From: Octopus sinensis
Lineage: Eukaryota
Assembly: GCF_006345805.1 (NCBI RefSeq)
Contig: NC_043016.1
Location: 12,586,001-12,650,000 of the forward strand
Direction of reading: 5' to 3'
DNA: 64,000 nucleotides
The stretch's first letter is position 1. The number at the start of each line of letters is the position of its first letter. This document shows positions 1 through 10,901 of this stretch, piece after piece. The translations under genes were made by a program, and so were the position numbers. Under the pieces are notes generated by a model that did not search any database, was not told the origin of the DNA, and saw only the letters and a program-made list of their open reading frames with translations.

Positions 1-272
1 ATCTTCTTCTTGACATATGGACTCTTAGCTGACTCATGTGTATGTGTATATATAATATATATATATATTATATATTATATATATAACAACATATATATAC
101 ATATATACATATATATATATATACATATATGTTATGTATTTGTATGTATGTATGTATGTATGTATGATGATATATAGTTCAAATTTACAAAAAAACAAAA
201 TACAAATACAGGTGAAGGAACAACAAGCAGGTGTATTAGTTTATGCACCTGAAGAATGGAAAAGTCTTTATA

Positions 273-1501
273 CAGGATCTTGCAGATAAATTGAGACCAA
301 TTTTAAACAGTTGACTTCCTGAGTTTAACATTAAATTTTGTAACAAAACCTTGCTTGCTTGAGAATCTGATCCTCCTCTTTATTCTTCAGCTAAATAGTG
401 AACTGATTCAACACCAGAATCATTCTGCCATTGTTGTTTTGGCACGCGCTGAGCACACTGCCAATAGAATTAAGTTGATGAAACTTCCTAAAGCAACAGT
501 TTATTGTGTGTATAAACAATTTAAAGAAGTGGGAAAGATTAATAGAAAAGAACACAAGACTCAAAGTGATTCCAAATGCAATCCAAAGTTTCTCACTGGC
601 CTCAAACACTTGACTGAAGCCAATCTATCCACATCCATGACAACTCTTGCAAAGGAATGTAATGTGTCCCTTTCCATGGTGTCCAGAGCTGTGAACAGAA
701 ACCTTACCATGACTAGCTATGTTCGATGATGCTTGCACCTCCTAACAGCCAAGGCCAAAGCAATCAGAGCCGAGAAATGCCCAAATCTTCTGTCATCATC
801 AAGCACCAAGGTGCAGGAAAAACTTGAGAAGTTCACTGTGGATGCTGAGGTGAATCACAGAAATTCTTGAATGATTGCATACAACCCTTCTGATACCCCA
901 CTGTGTTTGAGACTAAGAATCCTGCCTCAGTGATAGTATTTGGAGCTGTGGTAAATGATGGAAGTGTCATGGATTCACACTTCATTGAGTCTGGCTTCAA
1001 GATCAGCACAAAATAGTATCTGGACATCCTGAAGAACTCTGTTACCTTGGATTGAGAAGAAGTTTTGGCTTGACAATGTGGTACCTATCCAGGATTCTGC
1101 ATCATGCCAGGTCTTCCTGAGTGAGAAGGTGTCATTTTTTTGTGAGGGTCAACATCTAGTCCAGTATTAGCCTAGATTTAAACCTTCTTGATAAATTTTT
1201 ACAGGACATACTTTAAGCAAGGACCAATGCTTTACCACACTCGAGTGTCAACAGTTTGAAGACCTGCATCATGCATGCGACATGCAAAATCAAAAAGACA
1301 CACGGTTGCAACAGCTGCAAAATAATTTCATTCTCGAGTGGAGGCAGTAATTGCCCAAAAGGATGGCCATATTGATTGATAAATGTTTTTGTTGTAACAA
1401 ATGTTACATTAAATTTATATTCTGTCTACTACCATTATTTTAGTATTTATAACCAGTTTTATGCATTGTAAAAATTGCTTCAATGTAAGTGCAAGACCCT
1501 G
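273..1501 (+). mobile_element. Degenerate Tc1/mariner-superfamily transposon, DD37D (maT) type
   Basis: TA-flanked TIRs (CAGGATCTTGCAGATAAATTGAGACCAATTTT ... AAAATTGCTTCAATGTAAGTGCAAGACCCTG). HTH-like ORF at 355-729, then frameshifted ETKNPASVIVFGAV, QDSA and SPDLNLLD motifs. Confidence 0.88.
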
Positions 1502-3061
1502 TATATATTTAAATATGTATACTTCATTTTTGTATCTCATTCGCAAGATTCTTTATATGAATTTGTGTGTTGAAACAAATTTTGTTGTGTTTGGGGAGAG
1601 TCATACTGCCTTAATGCCATAAGATGTAACACACTTACTGGTTCAATTTTCATTCATTTATTATTTATAATTCTTTTCTTCCAAACTTTTTGTTGCTCTT
1701 TGCAACCTTGCCAAAGCATGTTGACTCTGTCCATTACTGGAGCTACGTTCCTTTTTGTCTGCGTGCATGTGTGAGCGTCAGTGTGCATGTGTATGTATGT
1801 GTGTGTGTGTGTGTTTCCATGTATGTAGGTATGCGTGTATGTATATAATCTGCATATTTATGTGGTGTGCGTGTATGTACTTGTGTGTGTGTGTGTGTAT
1901 TTGTGTGTGTACCTCTGTCTCCTTGTGCGTGTTTGAATGTGTCTATGTGTATGAGTTTGTGTGACTATGTGACTATATGAGTGTATATCGCCATGTCTTT
2001 GTATGCATGTATAGTCATGTATGTGTGTATGCATGTATGCATGTATAGTCATGCTTCCATCTCCTTTTGTGTGTGTGTTTGCTTGTCTGTTCGTATTGCC
2101 TATGTAACTATCTATCTTCTTACTTATGTATCTAATTGTTTACCTACTTATCCAGTTACCTACTCATATATCAACTACATATGTGGAAATCTGTGGGTGT
2201 GATCGTTTATGGAGTTGTTACCTAACTCCTTCTATATCGTTTTATCGATTATGATGAAACTTGACACGTGAGTAGAACTCATGTCTGGAAAACTAGTGAC
2301 ATACTTAGATTGTTGAAAAAATCGATAATAGGGCCCCTGGAAAGGAATCTTATATCTATTAATATATTATTTCTAAACATTCAAGGGAAATAACCCATTT
2401 GCTCCTGAAAGGGATCCTTAAAATAGCCAAGGGAAATAATCCATTCATTTTCGTAAATTATTTCATATAAATCAAATTGAATATGCCTATTTCTTAGTAT
2501 TTCAACTGTTTGAGTTACTTTCACAATTTATCCAGTACAACACTTAAACAGGTAAATAGTATTTTCCTAAACAATAGATCCACTTATTTTGGTTAGTGAC
2601 TTATACAGGAATATACCAACACTAGCGCCGCTGAGGGTAATATTCTCTGCAAACACAGAAAAACTTTTTCCAGAGTTATTAACTTTGAATTGTTATTATC
2701 TCATATCTCATTAGCCAGTTATTATGTAACATACTTCACGATTTTAGTATACATACCTTATTAGTATTTCCTCCTAAGTTCTATATACTCTGGGAATGTA
2801 TTAAAGCCCTTTTTGGGGCTATTTTATTTGAATTCTTACTATTGGGTAATTAATTTCATGTTATTACATAACTGACTTCACAATTTGAGTATTCATAACT
2901 TATTGGGAATTCCTAAAAACAAGATTCTGTGTAAGACAGATTGGTATTCTCTATAAATGCACAACAACTGTTTTAAGGGCTACATACTCTGTATTGTTGT
3001 TACTGGATTATTGAAACAATTACGAGAATGGAACCAAGGGATAAGCCCTGCTTTCCTGGGA

Positions 3062-3268
3062 ATTCTTATCTGCTAACCCTCTGGCTTGATAGACCTGTCT
3101 CCTAGCTTCCCTTTTGGCAGTCTGATACAATTCCCTGCTACCACCATTCTTCCAGTCCTTCCAAGCCTGTCTCTTTTCTCTAATAGCCCTGTCTACAACA
3201 CTGTTCCACCACCACGTTACCTTGGGACGAGAGGGGACTTTGCACCAGCCACAGATCTGGTCAGTGGC
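3062..3268 (-). mobile_element. Internal fragment of the same RTE family
   Basis: ATDQICGWCKVPSRPKVTWWWN...YQTAKREARRQVY closely matches about 30078-30285. Confidence 0.9.
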
Positions 3269-3777
3269 TACACACATACATATATAAACACATACATTCA
3301 AAGACATCTATATATGTACATGTTCATATTTGTACACACACACACACACATACACACACACCACACATACATAAGTACACGTTTTGATTTTTTAAAAAAA
3401 TTAATATAATTACAGATACATCTCTATGGTTAAATAAATTTGGAAAATTTTGGTTATTCTAGCCACTACACTTGATTTGTGTCCAAGTATTTGTCCTTCA
3501 GACTGCAAAATGGAATTTTAAAAAAGCAATACACAATGCTGTCACAATTATATTTCCAAATTCACATATTTCTGGTTGGCTGTTTTTGTTTTGAATATAT
3601 TTTAAAGCTCTAATCTAAAATTTTCTAAAGGAGAAAGAGAGCCAAGTACAGAAGAGAGAAAGTATCTGTTCTTATGGAATTTCAGAACCTGGAGTGTTTT
3701 GCAAGGTCCAACAAGAAAGTGGTTAAAAGTTTTTAGCAATGCTTTGAGATCATCTTTAATAGATATACGATCAAATA

Positions 3778-4010
3778 AGATGGCGAGGTGGCAGAAACAT
3801 TTGCGCGTCGGGCGAAATGCTTAGCGGTATTTCGTCTGTCATTACGTTCTGAGTTCAAATTCTGCCAAGGTCGTCTTTGCCTTTCATCCTTTTGGGATCA
3901 ATAAATAAAGTACCAGTTTCGCACTGGGGTCGATGTAATCGACTTAAACCGTTTGTCTGTCCTTGTTTGTCCCCTCTATGTTTAGCCCCTTGTGGGGAGT
4001 AAAGAAATAT
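3778..4010 (+). mobile_element. tRNA-type SINE family A
   Basis: A-box-like TGGCAGAA and B-box-like GAGTTCAAATTC, with core GCCTTTCATCCTTT...GATAAA.TAAGTACCAG. Other copies at about 13170-13425(+), 21660-22105(-, two) and 27865-28080(-). Confidence 0.8.
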
Positions 4011-4214
4011 ATATACGATCAAATTCATATTTAATTCTCATAGGTGGAATTTCAAAAAAATATATAGGTAAGTTAATTTTTGTTGAGGACTTTTTTGTGA
4101 AGAATAGTTCTGTTATCTTTCGGAACTTTGAATTTTCCTTCACATATTTCCTAATTTTCCTTATTTCAAGTGTTTTGGTGAGAACTTCTTTATGAAGTGT
4201 AGCTCCATTGTTTT

Positions 4215-4480
4215 TCAGAAGTTTGGGTCGTTCCTTGTGCATTTGTAGAAGGGGAAGGTTTTGAATTTTCCTTCTCCACATATTTCTAAATGTTTGCTCA
4301 GTGGAATTTTCCATAGCTCCTCCTGTAAAAAGTGCTGTCTGTAGATTCTTGTGTGTTGACAAAGGGAATTATTGGTTTTGCCAATATAATTCTTCTTGCA
4401 TTTGGGGTAAATAATGCAGTATATGAGGTTTTGTGTCTTGCAGTTCATATTTGCACTTACTTTGAATAAGAATCCACTCT
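4215..4480 (-). mobile_element. Penelope-like element fragment encoding a GIY-YIG endonuclease
   Basis: NCKTQNLIYCIIYPKCKKNYIGKT...R...H...SKHL matches the PLE GIY-YIG pattern (N.IY...C..C...YIG.T). Confidence 0.8.
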
Positions 4481-4769
4481 TAAGTTTTTATGTGGGTGTC
4501 CCCCATCTATATTGTTATTATTGTTGTTGCATATTCCACATTCCTTTATGGAGAATTTTGTTTCATTCTCTGATGTGAATTTTGCTCTTGTAAGTTGTTT
4601 TTTTTCTTTCTTCTCCCTTGCATAGCAAACCCCAGAAATCTTTTATATATAAAAAGGCCAAGAAATCTAGCTTTAAACCACTTTTTGATAAATTTGATAA
4701 TGGAAGAAAGCACTAAAAGTCTAAATAAAATGTAGATAATATATATATGAAATCGAAATTTGGTGACTG

Positions 4770-5190
4770 GCACCCATGCCCGTGGACTGCTAACAGCTCC
4801 ATCCGAGCGGGATCACTGCCAGAGCAGTTGTCTAGCTTCTGTGCCGGTGGCGCATAAAAAGCACCATTTGAGCATGATCATTACCAGCGTCGCCTTACTG
4901 GCACGTGAACAAAACATTCTAGTGAGGTTGTGACAAGTGCCGCTAGACTGTCTCCTGTGCAGGTGACACAAAAAAAACATCATTTGAGTGTGGCCATTGC
5001 CAGTACCACCAGACTGTCACGTAAAAGCACCCACTGCATTCTCGGAGTGGTTGGCGTTAGGAAGGGCATCCGGCTGTAGAAACTCTGCTACAACAGATTG
5101 GAGCCTGGTGCAGCCATCTGGTTCGCCAGACCTCAGTCAAATCGTCCAACACATGCTAGCGTGGAAAGCAGACGTTAAAAGATGATGATA
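4770..5190 (+). mobile_element. RTE-tail repeat (truncated LINE 3'UTR or SINE sharing the tail)
   Basis: GAGTGGTTGGCGTTAGGAAGGGCATCC...CATGCTAGC...GATGATGAT, as at 32630-32785. Further copies at about 15748-15945(-), 17390-17560(-), 18670-18960(-), 44370-44505(+), 48657-48905(-), 56507-56790(-) and 62058-62300(-). Confidence 0.85.
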
Positions 5191-5281
5191 TATAATCATC
5201 CAGCATTCTGACTTCCTTATTATTTTAAATATACAATATCTGCACATCACTTCAAAAACTCTCTGTCTCTGTCCGTTTTTT

Positions 5282-5317
<36 letters not shown>

Positions 5318-5329
5318 TTTTTCCAACTT

Positions 5330-6300
5330 AATTTTCAACAAATACACTTCAGATAGTGTAGATTCCAATTTTATCTGAATTCGTTGTGTAAGAAATTTGC
5401 TGTGGGAGGGAGGAGTTTCGCAAAATTCACACAAGTTAGTTTTGTTTTCTGATAATCTTTAGAAAAATTGGGTATATTTAATGAAATCTCCTACAAACAC
5501 TTTTCAGAGTATGTAAACTACAAATATATCGTAATTTGATATGAAAAGAAAAGTAGTTAACACACACACACACACACACACATACTGACATGTATTACAA
5601 TTTATTTTTCGAAATTTCTACTTTCATTTTGTATATATATATGTGACGTGTGTCAGTGTGTATGTGTATAAGCCTACCAAATTTATTTTTTCATATTAAA
5701 TTCCGATTTAATCGTAATCTGCACACAGTGAAATGTATTTATAGAAAATTTCATATAAAAGTATTAATTTTTCTGAACGTTATGAGGAAACAAATCAGAC
5801 TTGTGTGGATTTTTCGAAATTCCTCACCTCACTCACCCTTGGAAAAAAAAAAAAAAAAAAACTTTTTGAACACATATTCCGATAAAATGAGAATCTACAC
5901 CATCTGAAGCATATTTGTAGAAAATTTCATTATAAAATATCTATTTTTCTGTAATTTATGAGGCAAGAATGTCACGGAGGGAGGGAGCACATATCTGTAG
6001 GAACGCCCGCATGGCCAGACTTACTTTTGTACCCGCCAAAAACACCCCTTTTATTTATTTATTTTATACTCAAACCCCACGTTTTCGACTACGGAGAATA
6101 CAAATCTGCAAAAAAATTGGCAAAAATTGGCATTTTGAAATTACTCCTTCCCCCTCTAAATTCTTCATTTTAAACTTTTTTTCAGAATTTTTTTTTCTTT
6201 CAAAATATGCGGAAAAATATGGAAATTATGATTTTGAAAATAAAATTTCCCAAAATTTTTGTAAAATCTTTTTTTTGTCAAAATATGCGGAACGCATACA
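5330..6300. repeat. Unclassified repeat with degenerate internal subunits; related copy at about 13830-14230
   Basis: Recurring TATTT(G/A)TAGAAA.TT.CAT...TTTTTC...TTATGAGG(A)AA units at about 5735-5795, 5910-5965 and 14140-14200. Confidence 0.5.
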
Positions 6301-6401
6301 TATATACACACACACATGTGTGTGTGTGCATATATATCCTTGGGGGGGGGGGATATAAATCCGGGGAAGCGTACTCTTAAGAAATACAGCAGTCTATATT
6401 T

Positions 6402-6485
6402 ATTACTGGTGAAGGCCAGTTTATAGGGTTACCCTTTATGGCGAGAAAACCAAGGTAACCCTATAAATCGGTTTTCATCAGTAAT
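6402..6485. repeat. Hairpin with 32 bp arms
   Basis: ATTACTGGTGAAGGCCAGTTTATAGGGTTACC versus the reverse-complemented arm ATTACTGATGAAAACCGATTTATAGGGTTACC (27/32). Confidence 0.85.
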
Positions 6486-6839
6486 ATATATATATAGTTC
6501 CATTCTTCCGGTTAGCATAACCATATATATATATATATATATACATATATACATAGATATATATATATATGATGTATACATATATGGTGTATATATATAT
6601 ATATGGTGTATATAATATACATATGGTGATGCAAACCGGTAAAATAGAACTCAAAACACGAGTGTATATTTTTATTAATATTTAGCAGAAGCAACTCAAG
6701 GGTCGAGAGTTCTGTGCGTTATCAAAGGCGATCCGTCTGAAGGCCCTCAGACGAGACGTCTTTGCAGATAAGCAACTTGTGGGTGCGAAACCGGTGGTCA
6801 CTGACCGATCATAACAAAAAACCTTATTATATGTGTATA

Positions 6840-7235
6840 CTAGCAGTATCGCCCGGCGTTGCTCGGATTTGTAAGGGAAATAACTATATAAGCATTTTTA
6901 GAGAGTTATAGCCAAAAATTAGCAAAAAAAAATGCATTAAAAATGGGAAAAAGAATAATGGTAAATTTTTTTTTTAAATCGTTGACTCCTCGTAGACATA
7001 CTTAGAGAGTTACTTCCCTTAGCGAAAAAAATGCATTAAAATGGAAAAAAATGATGGTAATTTTTTTTTTTAATCGTAGACTCATCGTAGACGCACGCTA
7101 ATACCCAGAAGGGTTCGATATGAATCACGACTATAAGATACCTGGTTTTGGTTAAACTGCACCGCAAAATGTGGGAGTAGTTAGGAATCTAAATCGTAGG
7201 AGACAGACACACAACTTGACTTTTATATATAAAGA
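6840..7235 (-). mobile_element. Non-autonomous Helitron
   Basis: Minus strand starts A|TCTTTATATATAAAAG and ends CCGAGCAACGCCGGGCGATACTGCTAG|T. This gives 5' TC, a GC-rich subterminal segment, 3' CTAG, an A/T target and no TSD. Confidence 0.8.
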
Positions 7236-7356
7236 TTTGTGTGTGTGTTTGGTCAATTAAGCCTTTCAAAGCGTTGCTCCAGCATGACCGCAGTCCAATG
7301 CTTGAAACAAGTGAAAGACGAAAGAAATATACACATTATAGACAGACACACACACC

Positions 7357-7388
<32 letters not shown>

Positions 7389-7489
7389 ATCTTTCTATGT
7401 AAGTATTTTGTGCAGAAGAAACAAATGGGAAAAATAGGCAGTTGCTTGCTGAAACGACATTTAAAGTTATTTCGCTCTTTTCATCAGCT

Positions 7490-7530
7490 CCGATCACCAC
7501 CTGATCACGTGATCCGCAGCTGATTCCTTA
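7490..7530 (+). promoter_or_regulatory. Putative BCKDK proximal promoter with E-box cluster
   Basis: CpG-containing unique sequence about 1.2 kb upstream of the ATG. Contains CACCTG (7498-7503), the perfect palindrome GATCACGTGATC (7503-7514) and CAGCTG (7517-7522), followed by GA-rich 5'UTR-like sequence. Confidence 0.45.
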
Positions 7531-8558
7531 ATTCTCTTGCAGCAGCGAAGAAGGATAAAGAAAACAGAGAGTGTGACCGGTGAGTGGAGGAAAGAAGAAG
7601 AAGAAGGAGAAGACGTCGCTTGGTTCGAAAAGCGGATAAAAGTGTTGGAGAGGGGGGGATAAAAAGAACTGCTGAGAGAGAGAGAGAGAGACAGCGTGAG
7701 AGGGAAAGACAGAGGGAGGGAGAAGGAGTGAAAAACTGAGTGTGAGGGAATTAAAGAGAGAGAGAAAATCTCAAACTGCAAAAAAGTGAAAAACTAAAAT
7801 TTATACACATATATATATATACATATACATACACACACACATATATATTTATATACATATACACACACACACATATATATATATATACACACACACAACG
7901 TCCACTCACACCTATATATATACATATATATATGTAAATGTACAGATGTATATATGTATATACAATCACACACTAAACACTGTGCGCTGGAAACTTATTG
8001 AGTTCTGAAGTAAATCTTTAACGGGACGTATTGATATTGAGGAGGGAAAAAAAAGTACGTTTATTCGCTCCAGTGTTTTCTTAACAGAAAAGGAAAAAAA
8101 AAAAATTATAGCAAGAAAAAAAGAAAAAAGAAAAAGAAAAGAATTTTTTTTTTTTTTTCCAGAATTTTAGATTTTCAGTTTTTCTGGGTTGAAGCAAGCA
8201 ACATTTGAATTACTGCTCGTATTTGCGGAATTCTTTTCTTTTAAATAATTCACTGTGTGTGGTGTTTATTAATAGATGTGAGTGACTACGTGCGAGTCTC
8301 TTGATTATTTTAATCGCCATTCCATGCAAGTTAAGGAGGATTCCTTCTTTGGTCAGCTCTGAGAGAGAAGAAGAAGAAAGCCAGAAAAAAAAGGGAAAAA
8401 ACAGAAAGGTGAAAAACAGCCCAGAGACATTACATAAGAAGGATACCAAGAAACGGGACCAGGAGGCAAGCAGCGAATACGAAATAACGATTAGCACACC
8501 TTACTGTCTTTTGTTTCGGAGTGTGAACTGAGTTTTATTGTTTAATTTCTGTTCTTTT

Positions 8559-8666
8559 ATGTATACACACATATATAAAAGGCAGTTGATGTGTTGGAGC
8601 GATCATCATACAGGAAAACCAAAGATGAATCCGTCGCGAAATAATATCCCTAGATATTGGTCATAG
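8559..8666 (+). other. Upstream ORF (35 aa) in frame with BCKDK
   Basis: ATG 8559 (also in-frame ATGs at 8589 and 8625) gives MYTHIYKRQLMCWSDHHTGKPKMNPSRNNIPRYWS, ending at TAG 8664-8666. Same frame as ATG 8727. Inclusion in the mRNA is unverified. Confidence 0.5.
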
Positions 8667-8726
8667 TACTTGGTGAGTACTTGGTGGTTTGTTGGAGGAT
8701 TTTTAACGACCACTGTCCTCTGCAGC

Positions 8727-8930
8727 ATGAGGGTCATATCTCAGGGACTACCACAAAGGGACATATTGTCCAGGACTACTAGCATCGTCCTGAAAAATGT
8801 CATCGGCACCACTCAAGGAAGGAAAGCTTTCTCGGATGAAGCTTATTACCAAGCTCCAGAAATTCGCGAAAGGTCACGATCTGTTGCACATTTCTACAAC
8901 CAGAGTGCCATAGACAAGGCTGTAAATAAG
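8727..8930 (+). CDS. BCKDK: BCKDK coding exon 1 (putative mitochondrial presequence and start of conserved region)
   Basis: ATG at 8727 gives MRVISQG...EIRERSRSVAHFYNQSAIDKAVNK, matching vertebrate BCKDK 'RERSKTVTSFYNQSAIDAAAEK'. AAG|GTGAAT donor at 8931; 204 nt, phase 0. The start codon choice is an inference. Confidence 0.9.
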
Positions 8931-9204
8931 GTGAATACCCAGTCTCATATCTTATCTTCCTTTTATCTGTATTCCTCATTTGTTTATTTTAAATGTTTAC
9001 AATTGAAATGATTATCTTAAAATAATTTGCTTTTTTTTTTGTCTTGAAATGGTTTTTTCTTTCTGTCTCTGTCCTTACTTTCAGTGCTTCAAAGTATAAA
9101 TTCATTGTTTGTTCTTCTGTAAGTTTACAGTAAAGATAGTTTATAAGACAGCTTTGCAATGATTTCAAACATTCTATTAATTTATGATACATATATGTAC
9201 TATT

Positions 9205-9233
9205 GTTAGTCTTATATATATAATATATATATG

Positions 9234-9267
<34 letters not shown>

Positions 9268-10644
9268 TGTATATATGTATGTATATTATGTATGTATATA
9301 TGTATGTATGTATGTATATATATGTATGTATGTATATGTATTATGTATATGTATGTATGTATATATATATATATGTTTGTATGTATATATATATATGTGT
9401 GTATATATATGTGTGTATATATATGTGTGTATATATATGTGTGTATATATATGTGTGTATATATATGTGTGTATATATATGTGTATATATATGTTTGTAT
9501 GTGTATATATATATATGTTTGTATGTGTATATATATATATGTTTGTATGTGTATATATATATATGTTTGTATGTGTATATATATATATATATATGTTTGT
9601 ATGTGTATATATATATATATATATGTTTGTATGTGTATATATATATATATATGTTTGTATGTGTATAATATATATATATGTTTGTATGTGATATATATAT
9701 ATGTTTGTAGTGTATATATATATATTTTGTATGTGTATATATATATAATGTTTGTATGTGTATATATATATGTTTGTTATGTGTATATATATATGTTTGT
9801 ATGTGTATATATATATGTTTGTATGTGTATATATATATGTTTGTGTATATATATATGTTTGTGTATATATATGTTTGTGTATATATATATGTGTGTGTAT
9901 ATATATATGTGTGTGTGTATATATATGTGTGTGTGAATATATATGTGTGTATATATATATGTGTGTGTTATATATATGTGTGTGTATATAATATGTGTGT
10001 ATATATATGTGTGTGTATATATATGTGTGTGTATATATATGTGTGTGTATATATGTGTGTGTATATATATATATATGTGTGTGTATATATATATATATAT
10101 GTGTGTGTATATATATATATGTGTGTGTGTATATATATATGTGTGTGTGTATATATATATGTGTGTGTGTATATATATATGTGTGTGTGTATATATATAT
10201 GTGTGTGTATATATATATGTGTGTGTATATATATATATGTGTGTGTATATATATGTGTGTGTGTATATATATATATGTGTGTATATATATATATGTGTGT
10301 GTATATATGTGTGTGTATATATGTGTATATATATATATGTGTGTATTATATATGTGTGTATATATATGTGTGTGTATATATATGTGTGTGTATATATATA
10401 TATGTGTGTATATATATATATGTGTGTATATATATATATGTGTGTGTGTAATATATATATATATGTGTGTGGTGTGTGTATATATATATATATGTGTGTG
10501 TGTGTATATATATATATATATGTGTGTGTGTGTATATATATATTATATGTGTGTGTGTGTGTATATATATATATATGTGTGTGTGTTGTGTATATATATA
10601 TGTGTGTGGTGTATATATGTGTGTGTGTAATATATATGTGTGTG

Positions 10645-10675
<31 letters not shown>

Positions 10676-10860
10676 ATATATATATGTGTGTGTGTGTATA
10701 TATATATGTGTGTGTGTATATATATGTGTGTGTGTATATATATGTGTGTGTGTATATATATGTGTGTGTGTGTGTATATATATGTGTGTGTGTGTGTATA
10801 TATATGTGTGTGTGTATATATATATGTGTGTGTGTATATATATATGTGTGTGTGTATATA

Positions 10861-10900
<40 letters not shown>
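9205..10900. repeat. About 1.7 kb compound (TA)n/(TG)n microsatellite
   Basis: (GTAT)n, then GTTTGTATGTG(TA)n units, then (GT)n(AT)m units. This is the source of the long C/V/Y/I/M artefact ORFs. Confidence 0.98.

Positions 10901-10901
<1 letters not shown>

Noticed and set aside
2170-2660. Possible Helitron/Helentron-like relic (ATGAAACTTGACAC motif, AAGGGAAATAA repeats)
   Set aside because: I could not define termini, so it is too degraded to call.
8301-8531. Lys/Glu-rich ORF upstream of BCKDK
   Set aside because: TTG start, purine-rich low-complexity 5'UTR-like sequence, and a stop well before the BCKDK ATG.
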